DNA of 64,000 bases, from positions 288,001 to 352,000 of the forward strand of contig CAWFJJ010000025.1 in the NCBI GenBank assembly GCA_963816185.1. Direction: 5' to 3'. Origin of the DNA: Thermoanaerobaculia bacterium. Its GTDB lineage: Bacteria; Acidobacteriota; Thermoanaerobaculia; UBA5066. Every line of letters starts with the position of its first letter. Within the stretch, counting starts at the first letter, position 1. Positions 56,976 through 64,000 of this stretch are shown here, in pieces. The translations under genes were made by a program, and so were the position numbers. Under the pieces are notes generated by a model, which saw only the letters and a program-made list of their open reading frames with translations, searched no databases and was not told the origin of the DNA.

Positions 56976-58289
56976 TCACAGCACCGGGGAGAGCGCGCGG
57001 GCGCAGAAGTCGCCGAATGCGTGAAGCGACGTCCGCCGGCTCCACGCCGAGAGCGTGACCTCTTTCGATCCGGCGAGGTCCAGGGTGAACTGCCTTTCGA
57101 GCGATTCCGCGACCGCGCCGTCGAGAACCACTGCGTTGCATTCGGAGTTGAAGTGGAAAGACCGGAAGTCCATGTTCGTCGAGCCGACCATCGAGGCGAA
57201 GCCGTCGACGACGAGGGACTTCGCGTGGAGGACGGATCTTTCGTACTCGAAGATCCTCACGCCCCGCTCGAGCAGGTATCGGAAGACGCCGTGCCCGGCA
57301 TGCCGCACGAGCGGAACGTCGCTCGCCCCCGGAAGGAGGAGCCGAACGTCGACCCCGCGCGCGGCCGCCCGGGCGAGGATCGGCAGGGCGCCGCGGCGTG
57401 GAGCGAAGTACGCGTTCGTGAGCCAGAAGGTCCTTCGCGCAGCAGCGCCCATCGCGGCGAGGACCGAAGCCGTCTCCTCGTGCCCGCGGCCGGGGCTCGA
57501 GTCGAGGACGAGGATCGACGCTCCCTTGGGAGCCGCCTCGTCCAACGGCGTGAGCTCCAGAGGCTGGATCTCGAAGGGCCTCCCGCCGGCACGGTCCCAA
57601 CCTTCCTGGAAGACGATGGCCATCTCCCAGGCGGCGGGCCCTTCGAGCCGCGCGTGCGTATCGCGCCAGAGCTCCGAGCCACGGCCCTTGAGGGACGAGC
57701 CGTATTCGTCGCCGATGTTCATGCCGCCCGTGAAGGCCACGCGCCGGTCCACGACGAGGATCTTGCGGTGGTCGCGATACGGCTGGTACCAAAGGAAGGG
57801 GAGCAGCGGGTGATAGAGGTGCACCTCGATGTGTCGCTCTTCCATCTGCTGCCAGAACTCCGCTCGCGTGTCGCTCGACCCGAATGCGTCGGCGAGAACG
57901 CGGACGGCGACGCCTCGCCGGGCGGCGGCCGCGAGCGCTTCGACGAACGCGCGGCCGGTGGCGTCGTCCTTGAGGATGTACGCCTCGAGGAGGACTTCGC
58001 GCTCGGCGACCGCGATTGCGTCGCACATCGAGGCGAACGCAGGAGGGCCGTCGAAGAAGACCGTGACGGCGTTGCCCCGGTGGAGAGGCGATGTGTCGAT
58101 CCGCTGGAGGAGCACTTCGAATCCCGGATCACGCACCCCGAGGGCCAGGACCTGGGCGAGACGCCAGACGCGCGTCGGCCTGAGCTCGCGGGGGAGCACG
58201 CGGAAAGCCATCGGACGCAGGACCGGCCTGAGGAACCTCGGCGTCCTCCGCCTGTGCTTCTTTCGGGCGCCGCGTGCGAACACGGACAT
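56976..58289 (-). CDS. cls: Cardiolipin synthase (ClsB-like, PLD family)
   Basis: Two HKD motifs (HRKILVVD, HAKSLVVD), GG.NI, WRD, GS.N.D.RS. Confidence 0.9.
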   Translation of the reverse strand: MSVFARGARKKHRRRTPRFLRPVLRPMAFRVLPRELRPTRVWRLAQVLALGVRDPGFEVLLQRIDTSPLHRGNAVTVFFDGPPAFASMCDAIAVAEREVLLEAYILKDDATGRAFVEALAAAARRGVAVRVLADAFGSSDTRAEFWQQMEERHIEVHLYHPLLPFLWYQPYRDHRKILVVDRRVAFTGGMNIGDEYGSSLKGRGSELWRDTHARLEGPAAWEMAIVFQEGWDRAGGRPFEIQPLELTPLDEAAPKGASILVLDSSPGRGHEETASVLAAMGAAARRTFWLTNAYFAPRRGALPILARAAARGVDVRLLLPGASDVPLVRHAGHGVFRYLLERGVRIFEYERSVLHAKSLVVDGFASMVGSTNMDFRSFHFNSECNAVVLDGAVAESLERQFTLDLAGSKEVTLSAWSRRTSLHAFGDFCARALSPVL

Positions 58290-58311
58290 CTCGCTGCGCT
58301 AGCATCGCACG

Positions 58312-59349
58312 ATGTCCGAAGACGGCGCGCGCTCCGTTCTGCACGGCGAGATTCGCGAGCAGCCCGAGGCCGTCGCACGCCTTCTGGCGCGAGAGCGCCG
58401 GAACGCGGCGGCACTCGCCGCCCTCTGGCGCCGCTTGGACGTCCCGTTCGTCCTCGTCGCGGCGCGCGGCACGTCGGACAACGCGGCCCGATACGTGAAG
58501 TACGCGTTCGGGCTTTCCTCGCGTCTCCCCGTGGCGCTCGCGGCGCCGTCCCTCGTCACCCTTTACGGGGCGCCGCCGCGGCTCAAGGGCGCGCTCGTCA
58601 TCGGCATCTCCCAATCCGGGCGCTCGCCGGACATCGTCGAGACGATCGCGGCCGCGCGCCGCGACGGATCGCCGACGCTCGCGATCGTGAACGACCCCGA
58701 GAGCCCGCTCGCGCGTGCGGCGGCGGACGTGCTGCCGCTGCACGCAGGCCCGGAGAGAAGCGTCGCGGCGACGAAGACGTACACGACCCAGCTCGCGGCC
58801 GTCGCTCTCCTCGTCCTGTCGTTCGCGCAGCGGAGAAAGGAGCTCGACGCGCTCGCGGCCGTGCCGGACGCCATGGGAAAGGCCCTCTCTTTCGAGCCGG
58901 CCGCGAGCCGCGCGGCGCGCAGGCTCGCGCGCGCGGAGCGCGCCGTCGTCCTTGCGCGAGGCGTGCACTATGCGACGGCGTTCGAGATCGCGTTGAAGCT
59001 GAAGGAGCTCGCGCTCCTCTTCGCCGAGCCTTTTTCAGCCGCCGATTTCCAGCATGGGCCGATCGCGATGGCCGAAGACGATCTTCCCGTCATTCTCGTG
59101 TCGCCGCCGGGGACGCGTCCCGAGGCCGAGATGCGCGCCGTCGGCCTGGACCTGGCGCGCCGCGGGAGCCCGGTGATCCGGATCGGCCCGCGCGGGCCGG
59201 CCGCGATTCCCGTGCCCGAGGTCCCCGAGATTCTCGCGCCGATCGTCTCGGTGATTGCCGGGCAGCTCCTCGCGTACCATGCCGCGCTCACGCGAGGACT
59301 CGACCCCGACCGCCCGCGCGGCATCCGAAAGGTGACCGAAACGCGGTGA
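58312..59349 (+). CDS. SIS-domain sugar-phosphate isomerase/deaminase (GlmS C-terminal / GlmD-like)
   Basis: EI.EQP, RGTS, ISQSG.S, VAATKTY, LKLKE, HGP, DPD.P....KVT. Confidence 0.9.
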   Translation: MSEDGARSVLHGEIREQPEAVARLLARERRNAAALAALWRRLDVPFVLVAARGTSDNAARYVKYAFGLSSRLPVALAAPSLVTLYGAPPRLKGALVIGISQSGRSPDIVETIAAARRDGSPTLAIVNDPESPLARAAADVLPLHAGPERSVAATKTYTTQLAAVALLVLSFAQRRKELDALAAVPDAMGKALSFEPAASRAARRLARAERAVVLARGVHYATAFEIALKLKELALLFAEPFSAADFQHGPIAMAEDDLPVILVSPPGTRPEAEMRAVGLDLARRGSPVIRIGPRGPAAIPVPEVPEILAPIVSVIAGQLLAYHAALTRGLDPDRPRGIRKVTETR

Positions 59350-59378
59350 ACGGCCGCCGTCTCTGCTAGTGTTCTCCC

Positions 59379-59762
59379 ATGCGAAGCTCATCTCACGTGA
59401 GGCTCGCCGGCATTCTGGCCGCCGCCTCGGCGCTCGCCCTTCTCGCGGGCTGCGCGTCCTCCCGCGGCTCGACGGAGGGGCCGATCGTGGCCGAGGCGAA
59501 GGATCTGCCCGACCACTTCATGGTCGCCGCCACCGGGCTCGCCCAGAAGGAAGAGCCGAGGGCCGGCGAGGGGTGCCGCAACCCGATGGTGGATCCGAGG
59601 AATGGCACGGCCTTGAACCTCATGCGCTCGAGGAACGGCGTCGGCGACTACCAGGTTCTCGGCAACCGATACGAGCTCGATTCGACGTACGGCGTGGATT
59701 CGCGCCATCTCCTCAGGGTCGACTGCGCGACGGGAAAGGCGCTCGGAATCGTTGACCAGTAG
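59379..59762 (+). CDS. Hypothetical lipoprotein
   Basis: Lipobox LAGC; two further Cys. Confidence 0.75.
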   Translation: MRSSSHVRLAGILAAASALALLAGCASSRGSTEGPIVAEAKDLPDHFMVAATGLAQKEEPRAGEGCRNPMVDPRNGTALNLMRSRNGVGDYQVLGNRYELDSTYGVDSRHLLRVDCATGKALGIVDQ

Positions 59763-59781
59763 CAGGCGGCTGGCCGCCGGC

Positions 59782-61146
59782 TCAACGAGCGCGCTCCTCG
59801 TCGCGGGCGGAAGCCTTCTTGGCCTCGTCGAGAAGGCAGCGTGCTTCCGAGAGAAGGCACGCGCTCCGAACGTTCTCCCGTTCGAGGAGCCCCCGCAGGA
59901 TTTCGACGGTCCGCCGCGGGCGGCGGGCGTTCCTCTCGAGGATCGCGAGATCGAGGAGCGTCCGCGCGTTGTCCCACCCGCCCGCCTGGACCTGCCGGCC
60001 CATCGTCTCTCCCACATCGAGGAGATCCGGGTCGTGGACCCGCGCGAGCCCCGCGAGGAGAGCGGGATCCGCCGCCATGAAGGGCTCCCGGCCTGCGAGC
60101 GCGATCCGGAAGGCCGCAGCGGCTCCGGGATCGCCCTTCCACTGAAGCGCGAGCGCGCGGTCGATCGCCTCTTCGACCGGGAAGAGACGTCGTGCCTCCT
60201 GGACGAGCTGCACGAAGCGGCGGAGAAACGAGAGGACGAAGGGAGAGCGCAAAGGGTTCGCGTACGACAGGCGAAAGGGCGCCGAAAGGCCCGGACCCTC
60301 CGCGATCAGGATCAGCGCGAGACCGCGGTCGGGCAAGCGGAAGAAGAGCGCCGAGGCTTCGGGGCACTCGCCGAACGCCCAGACCATCCTCTCTCCCGCC
60401 GACCACGACACGAACCATCCCAGGCCGTAAGGGAGAAAGCCGTTCGGTGTGAATGTGGGAGATGTCATGCGACGAAGCGGCTCCGGCGCGAGAAGTCGAC
60501 CCCTGGTCAGGGCGGCTTCGAGCCGCGCGAGATCGCATGCGTTCGAAGAGAGTCCGGCCGCGGCGGAAAGCGAGGCGGTCGCTCGCGTCGAAACGAGGCG
60601 CGCCGGACGAAGCACCTCACTCTCGAGAACGTCGGTGAACTTCCTGCCCGAGGCGCGTTCGAGAATCCGCGTCAGCCGCGCGAATTCGGCGCTCTCGTGC
60701 TGAAACGTCGAACCCGGCGTCTCCTCCGAGGAGTGGGAGAGAAGGTGCCGGACGAGGACGGTGGGAGGTCCCGCGAAGGAGGGATCGAGGTCGGCCACGG
60801 GAGCGTCGAGGCTGAGCTTCCCGCGCCCCTCGAGGCGCAGCGCGGCGATGGCAGTGAAGGCCTCCGTCAGGCTCCCGATGGGGAGAGCGGCATCCGGGAT
60901 CGCCGTTCCGAACTCGTGGGACCACTCGAGGTCTCCGTTCCGGACGACCGCCGCCTGAAGGCCGGGGATTGCGAGGAACGTTCTGAGATCCTCGACGTCG
61001 GCCGCGAAGGCGTCGAGGTTCTCTCTCTCCTTGGAAGAAGGCGGATTGGGACGCGATAGAGACGAGCTCGCGTAGCCGCCGTCCAGCAGAAGGGACAGGA
61101 CGGCCGTGACGAGTTTGACCCGGCCCGGGCACCGCGACGGCATCAT
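59782..61146 (-). CDS. Beta-lactamase class C-fold protein with degenerate active site and helical C-terminus
   Basis: IPGL..AVV..G, IGSLTE.FT, G.L.LD.PV, LL.H.S, AA.GL.S...DLAR, YGLGW; start uncertain. Confidence 0.75.
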   Translation of the reverse strand: MMPSRCPGRVKLVTAVLSLLLDGGYASSSLSRPNPPSSKERENLDAFAADVEDLRTFLAIPGLQAAVVRNGDLEWSHEFGTAIPDAALPIGSLTEAFTAIAALRLEGRGKLSLDAPVADLDPSFAGPPTVLVRHLLSHSSEETPGSTFQHESAEFARLTRILERASGRKFTDVLESEVLRPARLVSTRATASLSAAAGLSSNACDLARLEAALTRGRLLAPEPLRRMTSPTFTPNGFLPYGLGWFVSWSAGERMVWAFGECPEASALFFRLPDRGLALILIAEGPGLSAPFRLSYANPLRSPFVLSFLRRFVQLVQEARRLFPVEEAIDRALALQWKGDPGAAAAFRIALAGREPFMAADPALLAGLARVHDPDLLDVGETMGRQVQAGGWDNARTLLDLAILERNARRPRRTVEILRGLLERENVRSACLLSEARCLLDEAKKASARDEERAR

Positions 61147-61173
61147 CGGGCCGTCGATCATAAGATCGGATCC

Positions 61174-62331
61174 ATGCGATTTTCCTTCTTGACGCACCTG
61201 TCCTGCACGAAGTGCGGAGCGCGCGAGGACCCGGGAAGCTTCTCAACGTCTGCACGAGGGCCGGCTGCGGGGGCGCGCTCTTCGCGGAGTACGCGGCGGA
61301 CGCGCTCTCGAAAGACGACACGCGCCGGCCGCCCGCGCTCGATCTGGCGCTGGCACGAGCTGATGCCCGCGCGCCGGCCCGAGGACATCGTATCCCTGGG
61401 CGAAGGCGGGACGCCGCTCCTCCACGCGAAGCGCCTCGGAGAGAAGAACGCGATGCCGCGGCTCTACATCAAGGAGGAGGCGGGCAACCCGACCGGCTCT
61501 TTCAAGGCGCGCGGGCTCGGCGCGGCCGTCACGATGGCGAAGGCGCTCGGCGCGAAGAAGCTCGCGCTCCCGACCGCGGGAAACGCGGGCGGCGCCGCAG
61601 CGGCATACGCGGCGGCCGCGGGTCTCGAGTGTCACGTCTTCATGCCGAGAGACACGCCGAAAATCTTCCGGATCGAGTGCGAGGCGTATGGCGCGCACGT
61701 GACGCTCGTGGACGGCCTCATCGACGACTGCGGCCGGATCGTCGCGCAGAAGAAGGACGCGGAAGGCTGGTTCGACGTGTCCACGCTCAAGGAGCCGTAC
61801 CGCGTCGAAGGCAAGAAGACGATGGGCTACGAGCTGGCCGAGGACTTCGGCTGGACGCTGCCAGACGTCGTCATCTACCCGACGGGCGGCGGAACTGGGC
61901 TGATCGGGATGTGGAAGGCGTTCGACGAGATGGAGCGCCTCGGGTGGATCGGCTCCGCGCGCCCGCGCATGGTCTCGGTGCAGGCGGAGGGCTGCGCGCC
62001 GATTCCGAAGGCCTTCGCGGAAGGGAAGGACGTCTCGGTGAGGTTCGAGAACGCGCGGACGTACGCGTCGGGCCTGCGCGTCCCGAAGGCGTATGCGGAC
62101 TACCTGATCCTGAAGGTCCTGCACGCCTCGAAGGGTGAAGCCGTCGCCGTCACGGACGACGAGATGCGGCGCGGCGCGAACGAGCTGGCGTCCTTTGAGG
62201 GCCTCTTTGCCGCACCCGAGGGCGGCGCCGCGTGGGAAGCGGTCAAGAAGCTCGTGGCCGAGGGCAAGGTCGACCGCGGCGAGCGCGTCGTCGTCTTCGA
62301 CACGGGCACGGGCTACAAGTACGTGGAGTGA
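61174..62331 (+). CDS. thrC: Threonine synthase-like PLP enzyme (compensating frameshifts near N-terminus)
   Basis: SLGEGGTPL, NPTGSFKARG, TAGNAG, EGKKT, PTGGG, DTG.G.KY; second CxxC-like pair lies in frame 61212. Confidence 0.85.
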   Translation: MRFSFLTHLSCTKCGAREDPGSFSTSARGPAAGARSSRSTRRTRSRKTTRAGRPRSIWRWHELMPARRPEDIVSLGEGGTPLLHAKRLGEKNAMPRLYIKEEAGNPTGSFKARGLGAAVTMAKALGAKKLALPTAGNAGGAAAAYAAAAGLECHVFMPRDTPKIFRIECEAYGAHVTLVDGLIDDCGRIVAQKKDAEGWFDVSTLKEPYRVEGKKTMGYELAEDFGWTLPDVVIYPTGGGTGLIGMWKAFDEMERLGWIGSARPRMVSVQAEGCAPIPKAFAEGKDVSVRFENARTYASGLRVPKAYADYLILKVLHASKGEAVAVTDDEMRRGANELASFEGLFAAPEGGAAWEAVKKLVAEGKVDRGERVVVFDTGTGYKYVE

Positions 62332-62368
62332 GGCCTGGCCATGCCGGAGGCGAAAGCGCTGAGCGAGT

Positions 62369-62836
62369 CTACTTCCACCTCTTGTAGGGGTTCTTCAACA
62401 GGTTGGAGTTGAAGTAGCGAGGGTCGGAGGAGACTTCGGCCCCCACCCACGTCGGCTTCGCGAACGTCTCGTCTTCGGACTTCAACTCGAGCTCGGCGAC
62501 GACGAGACCGTCGTTCTCACCGTGAAAGACGTCGATCTCCCACGTCTTGCCGCCGTGTACTTCCTTGTGCCGGTGCTTTTCGATGACGGGCTGCTCGCAG
62601 ATGTGGTCCAGGAGGGCCTGCGCGTCCTCGACGGGGAGCGGGTATTCGAACTCCGAACGGCTCACGCCCTTGGTCAGTCCCTTGATCGTGAGCATCGCCT
62701 TTTCTCCGGCGATGCGCACGCGCACGACGCGCTCCTTCTGGGAGTTCAGGTAGCCCTGCTTGTAGTGGGTGCCGCCGTCCCGAGGCGTCCATGCGCGCGT
62801 CATCACGAGGAACTTGCGTTCGATCTCTTTCGCCAT
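62369..62836 (-). CDS. CYTH domain protein (triphosphate tunnel metalloenzyme)
   Basis: EIERKFLV, VRVR, LTIKG, R.EFEY, WEID.F.G.N.GL..AE.EL, RY.N. Confidence 0.93.
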   Translation of the reverse strand: MAKEIERKFLVMTRAWTPRDGGTHYKQGYLNSQKERVVRVRIAGEKAMLTIKGLTKGVSRSEFEYPLPVEDAQALLDHICEQPVIEKHRHKEVHGGKTWEIDVFHGENDGLVVAELELKSEDETFAKPTWVGAEVSSDPRYFNSNLLKNPYKRWK

Positions 62837-62863
62837 CGGGTTCTCTCCAGTCTCCTTGGCCGG

Positions 62864-63457
62864 TCAGAGCGCCAGGGCCTTCTTGAGGCCCATGGGGTAG
62901 TTGATGTTCTGGTGGCTGTCGAGCGAGAGCCCCCGGATCACGTGGAGAACGAGCTTGGGGTCCTCGTGCTCGATGCAGAAACTCTCGAGTGGGACGCCGT
63001 CCGCGACGATGGTTGCGAATTCGCATTTCGTCCCGTCGAGCGTGAATCCCTCGCGGCGTTTGTTCGTTTGGACGGCCCTGAGGCCCGGCGTCCTTCCCAT
63101 GATCTCGTCGAGGAACTGCGGAAGGGTATAGGAGGCGCGCTCGAGCCTCGGCAGCGGGAGCCCCCAGGCCCCGAAGAGCCGGGGCATGAAGGAAGCCTCG
63201 AACGGAAAGCCTGATTTGAGCACCGGGTCCCAGAGCTCGAGGCCGTCGCCGTCGACCTGCTTCTTCCACTTGAGGTCCATCAGGTCGTCACGGATCTTCG
63301 CGTTGTGCGAGCTCGTCAGGCAGAGGAGGTAGATCTCGCGGCTCTCGCGGGGCGCCGCGAAGGCGGCCCCGTCGATCCTCCGGCGGAGGTCGTTCAGGGA
63401 CGAGGCGAACGTTCGCCACTCCCAACGCGGAATCACCATGGCGGCAGTCTGTGTCAT
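62864..63457 (-). CDS. Hypothetical protein, possible CYTH-like fold (PRWEWRTF)
   Basis: PRWEWRTF, N.KIR...MD.K, GLE.W.P..K..FP, K.R..F, NY..GLK. Confidence 0.65.
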   Translation of the reverse strand: MTQTAAMVIPRWEWRTFASSLNDLRRRIDGAAFAAPRESREIYLLCLTSSHNAKIRDDLMDLKWKKQVDGDGLELWDPVLKSGFPFEASFMPRLFGAWGLPLPRLERASYTLPQFLDEIMGRTPGLRAVQTNKRREGFTLDGTKCEFATIVADGVPLESFCIEHEDPKLVLHVIRGLSLDSHQNINYPMGLKKALAL

Positions 63458-63573
63458 CGTCGGCTCCAGCAGCGGTCGGGTCGGGCGTGCCGCCGTCGGG
63501 CCCTCTCGGTCGGCACCGGCGGGGGGAACGGGAGAGCCCGCGGGCGGGCCCTCCCGGTGTTGCGCCCGGATGG

Positions 63574-64000
63574 CTAGAACGCGAACTGGACGCGGAACTG
63601 GAGCTCGTTGAAGTCGTCGTTCGTGAGGCCGCCGTACGTCGTCTTCGGCTTGGCGTACTGGTCGTTGTTGACGAGGGTGTAGTTCAGCATCAGGCGGACG
63701 TTGTAGTTCGGATAGTAGTTCACGCCGAACGTGAAGTTCTTGGCCGAGCCTCCCTTGATCGGGTCGGGCGTCGTGAAGTCGTTGAGGTCCATCTCGCTGT
63801 AGCGAGCGAGCAGCTCGTACGCGCCGCCCTTGCCGGGTTCTACGCGGCCGAAGAGGCCCTCGCTCGGGTCGTACGTGCGCTGCCCGTTGAAGATCCACGC
63901 GGCCTGCCCGTACCACGTCGAGAACTTGTGGTCGGACAGGTTCGGGTTGCCCGAGCGCCGGTTGACCTTGGTCTCCTGATACTCGCCCTGCCAGGAGATG
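63574..64000 (-). CDS. Phosphate-selective porin OprO/OprP family (C-terminal part)
   Basis: QGEY, WY.Q..W...G.R.Y....G.F, ELLARYS..DLND, GVNYY.N...RLMLNY, terminal Phe. Confidence 0.85.
   Translation of the reverse strand, partial: ISWQGEYQETKVNRRSGNPNLSDHKFSTWYGQAAWIFNGQRTYDPSEGLFGRVEPGKGGAYELLARYSEMDLNDFTTPDPIKGGSAKNFTFGVNYYPNYNVRLMLNYTLVNNDQYAKPKTTYGGLTNDDFNELQFRVQFAF

Noticed and set aside
742-62331. Frameshifted genes as pseudogenes or programmed frameshifts (histidine kinase, CHAT fusion, DUF72, NPP, RND, MFP, TolC, thrC)
   Set aside because: Scattered single-base shifts with intact motifs, no in-frame stops and no obvious slippery sites fit long-read indel errors better; read-level data are needed to be sure
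63530-63556. GC-rich hairpin after the porin as a terminator
   Set aside because: A stem is present but there is no U-tract and the downstream gene is co-oriented; it may only stabilise the mRNA

Overview
High-GC (roughly 70% by eye) bacterial chromosomal window of about 60 protein genes. I found no rRNA, tRNA, CRISPR array, integrase or transposase. TolC and an OprO/P-type porin show a diderm envelope; the gene repertoire suggests Acidobacteriota, probably Thermoanaerobaculia (inference). About ten genes carry isolated frameshifts, most simply read as long-read assembly indels. Content in order: a signalling cluster (PAS histidine kinase, response regulators, Ser/Thr kinase-REC fusion); a sortase with an LPKTA substrate; a prolyl oligopeptidase-prfC-CRTAC1-halogenase-like operon; BlaI/BlaR-TPR; an M28 peptidase; a BNR propeller; GH44; a hydrolase-CHAT fusion; xth/DUF72/PP2C; DUF190-crcB; a 17.8 kb minus-strand metal/oxyanion/redox block with readable operators; cfa, cls, SIS protein, thrC, CYTH genes and a porin. 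Main findings: (1) a fluoride riboswitch that points away from crcB and sequesters the ribosome-binding site of a dynamin-like GTPase; (2) AT-rich purine/pyrimidine patches inside unrelated ORFs sharing a 13-mer, one containing an in-frame palindromic element; (3) a decodable ArsR/Crp-Fnr/MarR regulatory layout in the metal block; (4) a sortase system in a diderm; (5) a beta-lactamase-fold protein that has lost its catalytic motifs; (6) widespread leaderless and bidirectional promoters. All family calls come from motif recognition, not database searches.
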